In this document: positions 30,054-37,884 of the stretch, piece by piece | How the letters are laid out: each line of letters begins with the position of its first letter | Numbering within the stretch: position 1 is the first letter of the stretch | Sequence record: NC_100331.1 | Origin: Escherichia phage vB_EcoS_HASG4 | Reading direction: 5' to 3' (one strand) | DNA: 64,000 nt | Made by a program: the position numbers and the translations under genes | The notes under the pieces: generated by a model | What the model saw: only the letters and a program-made list of their open reading frames with translations | Databases searched by the model: none | What the model was told of the DNA's origin: nothing

Positions 30054-30130
30054 TGGGGTGGCTAGTGGAATTCGAATCCACATAGGCCTGATTCACAATC
30101 AGGATCATTAACCAATTATGATATAGCCAC
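30054..30130 (-). tRNA. tRNA-His (GTG)
   Basis: anticodon arm CCTGA-TTGTGAA-TCAGG; T-arm GTGGATTCGAATTCCAC. Confidence 0.8.
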
Positions 30131-30360
30131 AATTGAAAACTCGCAGGGTTAGCGAAACCATCCTCAATTAGCATGTTCTAGAATACTAATCAAGTTATCT
30201 CCTATTGCACGCAGCTCAAGACGAGTACGAATTTTCAATTATGGCGGCTCTCAGAAACTCTTCTATTCTAGCCTCAGAAGCTTACCCCCGAACGCATGTC
30301 GGGAAAGTCTTTCCAAGCGCATCAAATAGCACCGTTACACTTTGAGCCATTGATGTATCA

Positions 30361-30460
30361 AGGAATAGAAGGACTTGAACCTTCATGAGTTAGACCATTT
30401 AACTCAACCGCTTTTAAGGTATATTTCTAGGAGTGGATGTTCCTAGTAAACCTATTCGGC
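30361..30460 (-). ncRNA. tRNA-like element with Leu-type T-arm (atypical; boundaries uncertain)
   Basis: GAAGGTTCAAGTCCTTC T-arm and two 6-bp hairpins; could not be folded into a canonical cloverleaf. Confidence 0.3.
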
Positions 30461-30691
30461 AGTCCCGTCTACCAATTCCGGCATATTCCAAGAATTTTTA
30501 TAAACCAGCAGAAGCCTCATTTAAAGCATCAACAATAGCTTCACGCTGGGTCATTCCATACCCGGTGGAATCTAGGTGTGGCAAATAAGCCATCCATCCC
30601 TTATCTGTTTCATGAAGACATGCTTTAAATTTCTTACCATCCTTCATTGTTACAGTAACTGTTTCGCTCATAAGATTTCCTTATAGTTAAT

Positions 30692-30781
30692 TGGCAGAAG
30701 ATAATGGAGTCGAACCATCACCGTATCGCTACAGCGGGCTGGTTTTCAAGACCAGTTACGTACCACTACGTCCTATCTTCT
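30692..30781 (-). tRNA. tRNA-Ser (TGA)
   Basis: 90 nt type II; acceptor AGAAGAT/ATCTTCT; anticodon arm CTGGT-CTTGAAA-ACCAG. Confidence 0.8.
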
Positions 30782-30794
30782 AGTATTTATTATA

Positions 30795-31142
30795 CTAATA
30801 GTCACTTGTACTAGTGAAGTTTTCTACTTTTCCACAGATTTTACAAGTCCTACGATGATAGTAGGTAATTTTTACTTTAGACCAGCCATCGTGATCATTA
30901 CCTAGATTTTCTGTTACTCCCCAAGTATGAGAACACTCATTTTCAATTTGCTTAGTAAGAGCGTTATAGCGAGTATAAAACTCCTCCTGAGCAATAGCAA
31001 ATTCTTTCTGTAGTTTATCACGAGCAATAATAGCACGTTCCAGATATGTTAAATCAGGCATTCCAGCTTTTTCAGCAGCATCTATAATCTTATCTTCATC
31101 TAAAGATGCTAAAAACTCTAGAGCTTTATCTTTTGCTAGCAT
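30795..31142 (-). CDS. hypothetical protein with C-terminal zinc-ribbon-like CxxC pair
   Basis: 115 aa. Confidence 0.5.
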   Translation of the reverse strand: MLAKDKALEFLASLDEDKIIDAAEKAGMPDLTYLERAIIARDKLQKEFAIAQEEFYTRYNALTKQIENECSHTWGVTENLGNDHDGWSKVKITYYHRRTCKICGKVENFTSTSDY

Positions 31143-31161
31143 TATTATTACCTCAAGTGTT

Positions 31162-31252
31162 TGGCGGAAGAGGAGAGATTTGAACTCTCAAGCCGTTTTA
31201 CCAGTCAGCCACTTTCCAAGCGGTTTTCGTCGCCAATTCGATTTGCTCTTCC
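31162..31252 (-). tRNA. tRNA-Ser (GGA)
   Basis: 91 nt type II; starts GGAAGAG; loop TTGGAAA; T-arm GAGAGTTCAAATCTCTC. Confidence 0.75.
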
Positions 31253-31364
31253 AATAATAAGATGATGCCTCTATCACACCAGGCAGTTACGCCTCGCTGG
31301 GATTCGAACCCATTAAAACAGCTCAACCGAGATAGTAGGTTTAATTTACTCTGACCATCAAATT

Positions 31365-31441
31365 TGGTGCGTGACAAGGGATTCGAACCCTCAAAACCCG
31401 ACTTCTAAGGACGGTATGTATGCCAATTCCATCAATCACGC
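31365..31441 (-). tRNA. tRNA, anticodon loop CTTAGAA (reads TAG; Leu-decoding?)
   Basis: 77 nt; acceptor GCGTGAT/GTCACGC; T-arm GAGGGTTCGAATCCCTT; short variable loop. Confidence 0.55.
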
Positions 31442-31446
31442 GTATT

Positions 31447-31525
31447 TGGTGGAGAATAACGGAATCGAACCGTTCTGATGTCCTCGGTGCAAGCGAGGTG
31501 TCCACTCCATGCAGACCCATTCCCC
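31447..31525 (-). tRNA. tRNA-Ala (TGC)
   Basis: acceptor GGGGAAT with G3-U70 wobble; anticodon arm CCTCG-CTTGCAC-CGAGG. Confidence 0.8.
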
Positions 31526-31748
31526 AAATTCTTTAGTTTACTAAGGCTATTAGCTCGGCGTAACTACAGCACCTTCGCTTCGGGCGGAAGGAACTGCGTC
31601 ATCTCGCAAACCCAATACACTATTCAGTTGCCGCTGAATCTAGTGGACCAATCTAGAACTTCTCCCGAATCATGGGGATCGTGCTTTTTGGCAGCCAGTC
31701 CTAGGTCGAGCTAATACCTTAGTGAACTATGATGAGGATCTCTCCTCA
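31526..31748 (-). ncRNA. candidate non-coding RNA region downstream of a promoter cassette
   Basis: 223 nt without ORF; cassette at ~31749-31780 points into it; hairpin ccttcgcttcgggcggaagg. Confidence 0.3.
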
Positions 31749-31784
31749 TCAATTTATATAAATATTATAACAAGAAATTAAGCA

Positions 31785-32153
31785 TTAAGCAAGTACATTT
31801 TTAGCGATTTCTTGTAGTTCCTTTACATCACGAACGTAAAGGTAATCAGAGCTTCCAGAGTGCATACTTTGCATAACCACACCTTCATCTGGTGCATTAT
31901 CCTTCAAAGTAATTCCTAACCAGAACTCGGCAAAACTAGGTGTTACCTCACCTTGACTTGCCTTGAATACATCATATTCTGTAAGTTCTTGACCAGTAGA
32001 TAATCCCAAATAGACAGAACTAAGATCAATCTCTTTATGAGACTCATAAAATTCCGATAGATCTTTTTCCATATCCCAGCCATGCTGTAACGCGAACTCC
32101 ATTGTCACATGACCGAAATAACCTTGAATCTTGCTTGATAATTGCATTTGCAA
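31785..32153 (-). CDS. hypothetical protein
   Basis: 122 aa; RBS AAGGAA. Confidence 0.5.
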   Translation of the reverse strand: MQMQLSSKIQGYFGHVTMEFALQHGWDMEKDLSEFYESHKEIDLSSVYLGLSTGQELTEYDVFKASQGEVTPSFAEFWLGITLKDNAPDEGVVMQSMHSGSSDYLYVRDVKELQEIAKNVLA

Positions 32154-32172
32154 TTCCTTATTTTGAGTTAAT

Positions 32173-32246
32173 TGGTACTCGGTGATAGAATCGAACTATC
32201 GCAACCGCCGTGTAAAGACGGGGTTCTCCCATTAAACTAACCGAGC
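32173..32246 (-). tRNA. tRNA-Val (TAC)
   Basis: anticodon arm CCGTC-TTTACAC-GGCGG; T-arm GATAGTTCGATTCTATC. Confidence 0.75.
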
Positions 32247-32250
32247 AATT

Positions 32251-32329
32251 TGGTAGATCGCCTGGGACTCGAACCCAGAACCTTCCGATTAAAAGTCGGA
32301 TGCTACTGAACCTATTGAGCTAGCGATCT
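32251..32329 (-). tRNA. tRNA-Lys (TTT)
   Basis: anticodon arm TCCGA-CTTTTAA-TCGGA; T-arm CTGGGTTCGAGTCCCAG. Confidence 0.8.
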
Positions 32330-32518
32330 ATTAGTAACCATTGTATACTTCTTTAATAGAGTGAACTTTCAAGTAGGGGTGATTAGTATTAAACTCTACC
32401 ATTACTTCATCCCAATTTTTACCATAATGAGCGAGTAAGGATTTTGATGTATTCTTACCTAAACGTTTGTCACTTACTACTAATCGAAATACTTTCATTT
32501 CGAAATCCTCTATTAAAA

Positions 32519-32596
32519 TGGGAGCGGGTGCAGGAATCGAACCTACCTCTTTCTAGCTTATGAGACTAGCGATCTCTACCAGAGATCTAACCCGCA
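32519..32596 (-). tRNA. tRNA with CAT anticodon (Met-type)
   Basis: loop CTCATAA; 1-72 mismatch; T-arm GTAGGTTCGATTCCTGC. Confidence 0.7.
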
Positions 32597-32602
32597 ATTG
32601 TT

Positions 32603-32680
32603 TGGTCTCCGTGGGAGGATTTGAACCCCCGACCCTATCGCCCCAAACGAAACGCTCTGGCCAAACTGAGCTACACGGAG
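32603..32680 (-). tRNA. tRNA-Pro (TGG)
   Basis: D-stem GCTC/GAGC; loop TTTGGGG; T-arm GGGGGTTCAAATCCTCC. Confidence 0.75.
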
Positions 32681-32684
32681 AATA

Positions 32685-32843
32685 TTATTTCTTCAACCAC
32701 AACAAAGATAAGCCCAGCATACTAAAGCCGCTAACTAATCCGATACATTTTTCTTCTGTAGTAAAAGTATCTAGATTAAATGCTGTTATAGCTATTGGCA
32801 TACACCATAATGCCATAAAAACTTGAGCTATCTTGTGTTTCAT
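32685..32843 (-). CDS. small membrane peptide
   Basis: 52 aa ORF below track cutoff; promoter cassette and RBS directly upstream. Confidence 0.35.
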   Translation of the reverse strand: MKHKIAQVFMALWCMPIAITAFNLDTFTTEEKCIGLVSGFSMLGLSLLWLKK

Positions 32844-33054
32844 TTTGCTTTCCTTCTCTTCACTTTATAAAATATATTATACAGAGAATTAAGCATAATA
32901 GCAAATGAATTTTTAATAAATTTACTTATTGTGTAGGCCACCTGGAGGCTACCAACCCCACGGCTGACAAAGAAGTTTGCGAGACCCCTCTTAAATGCCA
33001 GAATAGACCCGCCGATCTATCGGAACCTACATAATAAGTAAACTTTATAGTGTC

Positions 33055-33174
33055 ATTCTAGACAGGACTCGAACCTGTTATCACTTGTGCGGACTTACGA
33101 GAACCATTCTTTCACTCGAATCGAACGAGCTTCTGCCCTCGCCAAGCTGGTTTCCCCATCAACCACGCTAGAAT
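33055..33174 (-). ncRNA. tRNA-like RNA of atypical length (~120 nt)
   Basis: perfect 7-bp acceptor-like pairing ATTCTAG/CTAGAAT; T-arm ACAGGTTCGAGTCCTGT; second T-like hairpin; too long for a tRNA. Confidence 0.35.
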
Positions 33175-33296
33175 GTTTGATTGTTTTCAGTGCAAGAGTC
33201 CGAGTCTTGGACACGACCGCTTCGCAAATACATAGGCAGCTTATCATGAGTCAGCACTTCCGAATTGCTAGCTCCGTGTTCTGCACTGAAATTTTA

Positions 33297-33644
33297 TTAG
33301 TTTAACCGTAAAGTATTATCTACTTCACCATTAATTGTTCGGCATTCCTCAGGGATTGCTGGTGTAGTCTTATACTCCCACCATTCAGAACCATCATATT
33401 CACCACGTTCTAACCAAGTTCCGTCAGTAAACCATACGTTACCATAAAGCAATTGTCCACCGAAACCAGAATCATATTTAAAGTCTAGATTATTTAGAAA
33501 ATCTTCAATATCTTTTTCTGTATAACCTACGGGTAATACCCAAACTTCTTTGTCCCCATAATAACCGAATTCTATCTTAATACACTTAACTTCAGACTTA
33601 GTATTCTTTAGGGCAAGTAACAACTCTTCTTTAGCATTAATCAT
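33297..33644 (-). CDS. hypothetical protein
   Basis: 115 aa. Confidence 0.5.
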   Translation of the reverse strand: MINAKEELLLALKNTKSEVKCIKIEFGYYGDKEVWVLPVGYTEKDIEDFLNNLDFKYDSGFGGQLLYGNVWFTDGTWLERGEYDGSEWWEYKTTPAIPEECRTINGEVDNTLRLN

Positions 33645-33670
33645 AGCATATTTCTCGTACTAGTTTAGTT

Positions 33671-33746
33671 TGGTACACCCACTAGGACTTGAACCTAGAA
33701 CCCTCCGCTTAAGAGGCGGTAGCTCTAACCATTGAGCTATGGATGT
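33671..33746 (-). tRNA. tRNA-Lys (CTT) candidate
   Basis: acceptor ACATCCA/TGGGTGT; D-stem GCTC/GAGC; loop CTCTTAA; T-arm CTAGGTTCAAGTCCTAG. Confidence 0.6.
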
Positions 33747-33929
33747 ATATTTGAAGAATCTCTCGTAAGAATTTCTTCAAATACCCTCTCCTGTGAAAAA
33801 GGGGGGTTTGCTTAATTATTGTGGCTAGGGCGCGGTAAAGTAGCTTTCTAGTCGGAAGCCCCAGAGCATATCCGTCTAAAGACCATATGTGACCTCCCCT
33901 ATCTTTACCTACTCTGTACCATAATTGTT

Positions 33930-34006
33930 TGGCGCGACCGATGGGATTTGAACCCACATTCCCTCCCGTGACAGGGGAGTACCATTACCAAGCCAGCCCC
34001 GGTCGC
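33930..34006 (-). tRNA. tRNA-Asp (GTC)
   Basis: anticodon arm CTCCC-CTGTCAC-GGGAG; T-arm TGGGTTCAAATCCCA. Confidence 0.8.
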
Positions 34007-34015
34007 ATAATTCAT

Positions 34016-34201
34016 TTACTCAGCTTTGAGTTTTTCAATAGCTGCATTAAGTTCTTTAAGAAACTCTTTTCGTACATTAAGACGATTAAGACTTACTAGT
34101 ATATCCTGTTTAAGTTCTTCGATGTATTTCTTCTCAACTTCAATATTGTTGATAGTGCTATCACGATGAACTTCTAACTGTGCAATTACATTCTTGGACA
34201 T
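34016..34201 (-). CDS. small coiled-coil protein
   Basis: 61 aa. Confidence 0.4.
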   Translation of the reverse strand: MSKNVIAQLEVHRDSTINNIEVEKKYIEELKQDILVSLNRLNVRKEFLKELNAAIEKLKAE

Positions 34202-34303
34202 GACTGTTTCCTCAGTTATTAATGAAAATGGTATCTGTGGCTGAATTCGATATCAGCAATGATAGCTGGTTGGCTACCGGTTTACTTAACTCTACACAGA
34301 ATT

Positions 34304-34386
34304 TGGCGGGCCGTGTAGGATTCGAACCTACGTTGTCTTTCGACATGGATTAACAGTCCACCGCCAAACCGCTTGGCTAACGACCC
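34304..34386 (-). tRNA. tRNA-Asn (GTT) candidate with extended variable arm
   Basis: 83 nt; anticodon arm GTGGA-CTGTTAA-TCCAT; ~13-nt variable hairpin GTC-GAAA-GAC. Confidence 0.65.
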
Positions 34387-34396
34387 TAAATTTATA

Positions 34397-34536
34397 TTGC
34401 TGACTAGGATTTTCACCTAGACGGAGTTAGCACCGTAGCGTGTAGCGGCATACCTCTCCAAACCGTGCCTCATCTTTCAATTACGGAGACAGTGTTCCTA
34501 CGCGTGCCTGAATTGATTTAACAATTCTTTCAGCAA
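34397..34536 (-). ncRNA. tRNA-like RNA of atypical length (~140 nt)
   Basis: 7-bp acceptor-like pairing TTGCTGA/TCAGCAA; T-arm-like hairpin CTAGG-TGAAAAT-CCTAG next to the 3' strand. Confidence 0.3.
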
Positions 34537-34538
34537 AT

Positions 34539-34614
34539 TGGACGACCGCATGAGATTTGAACTCACATAAAAAGGATTTGCAATCCTTCGCCTAAGCCAT
34601 TCAGCCAACGGTCG
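34539..34614 (-). tRNA. tRNA-Cys (GCA)
   Basis: anticodon arm AAGGA-TTGCAAA-TCCTT; discriminator U; T-arm GTGAGTTCAAATCTCAT. Confidence 0.8.
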
Positions 34615-34686
34615 ATTTATCTTGTTCTGTCATGTTGCTTCTCCAGTTCAATTTATGTAATTATTATTATACAGAACTTTTGGAAA

Positions 34687-34974
34687 CTAAGCAACTACAT
34701 TTTTTAAGAATTTGATGCCTTTCTTTTTCTTCTTATATTTCCACGTTAAGGGATTCTGTCGATTATGAACGCTTGAGATCTTCGTCTCGTCAAAGTTCTT
34801 CAATATCATGTAATCACAAGATAATTGTTCTAATGGAATGTGATCACCGTCAAAAGCATATACATAAGGCTGTTGACTAGCACGATAATGATAGACTTTG
34901 TTAATTCTACGTTTCAGCGACTTATCAGCGCAGTAAATAAAGAAGTTTTCAGGATGCATCAGCAGCTCCTTCAA
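34687..34974 (-). CDS. hypothetical protein
   Basis: 95 aa. Confidence 0.5.
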   Translation of the reverse strand: MKELLMHPENFFIYCADKSLKRRINKVYHYRASQQPYVYAFDGDHIPLEQLSCDYMILKNFDETKISSVHNRQNPLTWKYKKKKKGIKFLKNVVA

Positions 34975-34976
34975 TT

Positions 34977-35051
34977 TGGTGCACCCTGTTCGTATCGAAC
35001 GAACCTCTCAAGCTCTTCAGGCAAGCGCTAATCCATCTCAGCTAAAGGTGC
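34977..35051 (-). tRNA. tRNA-Phe (GAA) candidate
   Basis: loop CTGAAGA; T-arm GTTCGTTCGATACGAAC; anticodon stem imperfect. Confidence 0.65.
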
Positions 35052-35057
35052 AAATTT

Positions 35058-35128
35058 TGGCAGGGGTAAAGGTATTCGAAACCTTTTCATGGGTTTTGGA
35101 GGCCCATTTGCAACCTATGCGTACCCCA
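35058..35128 (-). tRNA. tRNA-Trp (CCA), short D-arm
   Basis: 71 nt; loop CTCCAAA and 3' end CCCCTGCCA resemble bacterial tRNA-Trp. Confidence 0.65.
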
Positions 35129-35137
35129 ATTGTTAAT

Positions 35138-35212
35138 TGGCACACCCACGGAGAATTGAACTCCGATTCTCAGATTGAAATCCTGATGTCCTGGCCATTA
35201 GACGATAGGTGC
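35138..35212 (-). tRNA. tRNA-Glu (TTC)
   Basis: D-arm GTCTAATGGCCAGGAC resembles bacterial tRNA-Glu; anticodon arm TCAGG-ATTTCAA-TCTGA. Confidence 0.75.
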
Positions 35213-35220
35213 ATTAAATT

Positions 35221-35308
35221 TGGTGGGCGTTAATGGAGTCGAACCACTCGAGTCGCAATGACCAGGGATTTACAATCCCCTCCGCTACCACTTACGGAAT
35301 AAACGCCC
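35221..35308 (-). tRNA. tRNA-Tyr (GTA)
   Basis: 88 nt type II; anticodon arm GGGGA-TTGTAAA-TCCCT. Confidence 0.8.
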
Positions 35309-35436
35309 ATATTTAGAAGCATTCAAATACTTGTTTAAACACTTTTAAATATGTTTCCAAATTAGATAACTATTATACCAAGTTTTAAGGCACTGAGCAA
35401 GTCAAATTTTGAAGAACTTGCTCAGTGCTGTATTAG

Positions 35437-35712
35437 TTAGTCGAACTTAGGAGTGACAGCTAAGGAGAACGGAAGTTCAAAAACTTCTTCCCCCTCATTA
35501 CTAACGGTAACTACACGACCTTTAAGTTCAGACATTAAAATATCAATATCAGCTTTTGCATCTGGAGCCATGCCAGCTTCAATACATTTAGCTTTAACTT
35601 CTGGTAAAAGCTCTACGTTATAGAGATAGAGCCACTCAATCTCACCTTCCCAGTCTTCCCAGGATTTGCAGATTGCACTTTCAATACCAGTTGCTACAAC
35701 ACGATTTTGCAT
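35437..35712 (-). CDS. hypothetical acidic protein
   Basis: 91 aa; promoter cassette upstream. Confidence 0.5.
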   Translation of the reverse strand: MQNRVVATGIESAICKSWEDWEGEIEWLYLYNVELLPEVKAKCIEAGMAPDAKADIDILMSELKGRVVTVSNEGEEVFELPFSLAVTPKFD

Positions 35713-35802
35713 TAATTAACTCCTTCATCAATTTATACAACTATTATATCAGAAATTTAAAGCAAAAGGCAAGTACATTTTTAAAAATTCTATTCGGAGG
35801 AG

Positions 35803-36009
35803 CTAAACTCCAGATTCTTCAGCTAAGTCTAGGCTAATAAGAGTTATAGCCATAATTGCTGCACCGTGTTCTTTTTCTCCGGTGTTTTTAGCAGAGTCTA
35901 TAATAGTCTTAATCTGTTCGTAATAGCCTTTTACTTCTTGTTCAATACCTGCCTCGGCTATCATGCCTTTAGTCATGATTCGTTGCATAGTAATTTCACG
36001 GTTAGCCAT
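35803..36009 (-). CDS. small hypothetical protein
   Basis: 68 aa. Confidence 0.4.
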   Translation of the reverse strand: MANREITMQRIMTKGMIAEAGIEQEVKGYYEQIKTIIDSAKNTGEKEHGAAIMAITLISLDLAEESGV

Positions 36010-36198
36010 GTTGTTTCTCCAGCTTCATTTTTAATAGTTTACAAATGAAATCAACGTCTTCATCTGTACCTAGATCTCTATCTTCAAGGGTTGCCTTGAA
36101 ATTTTTCGTTAGTTCCATAAGAATAACTTCCCTAGAACGACGTGTTGGCGGAGGTGGATGTCTATACATCTTAATTCCTTAATTTGGTAGGGATTATA

Positions 36199-36882
36199 TC
36201 ATCTACTTTTCTTAATACTTTTAGGATCTTTCCCTGTTAGGGACTTATACCTTTTCCTTAATCCAGTATCAGACAATCCTAGTTCTTTGGAGGCACGAAT
36301 CCAGGAATATTTAGATACCCAGTACTCTATTTGCTCCACAGTAATATCTGGATTTATAGTTATCTCTTTAGGAGTACATGATTTACAGTGTGTTGCTCTT
36401 GAACTAATTTCGCAGTGACAAATAGCACACGTATTTACAGTTCTTTCTGTATACCTGCCAATATTTTTGCCTGCATGAGTAGGTGTTAGTGCATGGCAAT
36501 TTGGACATAGGAGGGCTAAGTTATCCCATTCATTATTATAGTGATTTCCATCCTTGTGTTCGAGTTCTAAAGGAATTGGTTTGTCTAACCAACTTTCTAA
36601 GCCACAACTCTCACACTTATGTGGTTTTAGCCCCTCGTTAAGAATTTTATTCTTTAGTTTATAGGAAGAAATAGGGCTGCCGTTATATAAATACTCTGTT
36701 GCAGACTTATATTTATTATCATACTGCCTATTCGCAGGAATAACTACTATTCCTAGTTTTCCTAAATATGCTTCCAAAGTGTTCGAGGAGCAGGATAGCA
36801 TTCTTGCTATCTCTGCTTTAGATTTTCCCTGAGCTATCCACTGAGCTATTTCTTCCTTTCTATCTAGTATATCAGTTCTCAT
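36199..36882 (-). CDS. HNH homing endonuclease with N-terminal HTH
   Basis: 227 aa; CESCG...HKDGNHYNNEWDNLALLCPNCH zinc/HNH motif. Confidence 0.7.
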   Translation of the reverse strand: MRTDILDRKEEIAQWIAQGKSKAEIARMLSCSSNTLEAYLGKLGIVVIPANRQYDNKYKSATEYLYNGSPISSYKLKNKILNEGLKPHKCESCGLESWLDKPIPLELEHKDGNHYNNEWDNLALLCPNCHALTPTHAGKNIGRYTERTVNTCAICHCEISSRATHCKSCTPKEITINPDITVEQIEYWVSKYSWIRASKELGLSDTGLRKRYKSLTGKDPKSIKKSR

Positions 36883-36905
36883 AGTTTATGACTTTATAAT
36901 TAAGT

Positions 36906-36983
36906 TGGTGGCTCCCCGAGGATTCGAACCTACGTACCTTCCGGTTATGAGCCGGGTGCTCATACCATATGAGCTTGAGAACC
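36906..36983 (-). tRNA. tRNA with CAT anticodon (third copy)
   Basis: acceptor GGTTCTC/GGGAGCC; anticodon arm CCGG-CTCATAA-CCGG. Confidence 0.7.
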
Positions 36984-36989
36984 AAAATC

Positions 36990-37079
36990 TGGCGGAAGAA
37001 GTGGGAATCGAACCCACAAGGCTATATTTCAAACCGACAGATTAGCAATCTGCTGCAATACCGTTATGCTATTCTTCCG
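36990..37079 (-). tRNA. tRNA-Ser (GCT)
   Basis: 90 nt type II; starts GGAAGAA; anticodon arm GCAGA-TTGCTAA-TCTGT; promoter cassette abuts 5' end. Confidence 0.8.
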
Positions 37080-37099
37080 AATTTATAAGATATATTATA

Positions 37100-37618
37100 T
37101 TAGAAATTTAGCTTCATAGCAAGAAAATTTTTCAAGTTTTCGGTAGACATCTCATCCACATCTACGGGAGAAACAAATCCATTTAATTGTCTAGCAAACT
37201 TTTCACCAGCAGGATCATTGTCCCCAACAGCTACCAATTTAAAAGGTAGTAATTTCAGTTGCTTTAATAACGCTTTTCCTGGAGAAGAACCCAACATTGC
37301 CAGGGCTGGATAACCAGCATTATGTAACGCAACTGCCTTAAATACAGATTCAGCAATCAATACTACTTTTTCATCTCCATTGAGAGTTTCTAGTCCCCAT
37401 ACACACTGGGTAGTAGAATAAGTAAAATATTTAGCTTCAAAGGGGCACTTACCATGACCTTTTGGAGCAGAAGGATTATAAGTTTGATAGCCCCTCAACA
37501 TCCCAGAGAAGTCATACAACGGGACTGTTAGCCATCCTTCCGGACTTAACCAGCAATGATATTTATCTGTATCAAATCCTCTAGATAAGAGGTGCTGTGT
37601 TAGCTCATCAACATTCAT
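37100..37618 (-). CDS. TOPRIM-like domain protein
   Basis: ORF 37100-37669 trimmed (track start read through promoter cassette); IAESVF...GDNDPAGEKFA resembles TOPRIM. Confidence 0.5.
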   Translation of the reverse strand: MNVDELTQHLLSRGFDTDKYHCWLSPEGWLTVPLYDFSGMLRGYQTYNPSAPKGHGKCPFEAKYFTYSTTQCVWGLETLNGDEKVVLIAESVFKAVALHNAGYPALAMLGSSPGKALLKQLKLLPFKLVAVGDNDPAGEKFARQLNGFVSPVDVDEMSTENLKNFLAMKLNF

Positions 37619-37633
37619 ATTTGGTTCCTCTCT

Positions 37634-37658
37634 CAAATTTATAGATATATTATACAGA
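37634..37658 (-). promoter_or_regulatory. conserved early promoter-leader cassette (example)
   Basis: plus-strand caaatttatagatatattatacaga. Confidence 0.6.
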
Positions 37659-37793
37659 GAATTTAGCATTCAAGCAATCAAATTTTTTAACTTTTTAGAG
37701 GAAAATCATAGGGCACTTAAGGGTAGCAGATAAGTGGTGAGGACCAAAATTTGTGACCCAACTAAAAATCCGGGGGCAATTTTTAAAGACCCC

Positions 37794-37822
37794 TTGACAT
37801 TTTCGCGGGGGTAGTGTAAAGT
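37794..37822 (+). promoter_or_regulatory. host sigma70-type promoter (TTGACA-17-TAAAGT)
   Basis: ttgaca at 37794-37799, 17-bp spacer, taaagt at 37817-37822; differs from the phage cassette used by neighbours. Confidence 0.65.
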
Positions 37823-37884
37823 ATATGTTATGGATGAGTGATCAAAGAGACACACATTTTCTATATACTAGGAGGTGTCAAAAA

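Noticed and set aside
31253-31364. Canonical tRNA at the T-arm-like motif gggattcgaaccc
   Set aside because: I could not find a complementary acceptor stem or anticodon arm; left as unresolved tRNA-like signal within the tRNA-like RNA finding.
34229-34303. Possible tRNA between 34201 and tRNA-Asn
   Set aside because: Contains palindromes (gaattc, gatatc) forming a hairpin, but D and anticodon arms do not fold and the T-loop is non-canonical.
29170-35233. ORFs overlapping tRNA genes (29170-29649 +, 31478-31714 +, 32560-32826 +, 33087-33305 +, 33709-33957 -, 34976-35233 +)
   Set aside because: They run across or antisense to well-formed tRNAs and lack RBSs; judged ORF-finder artefacts.
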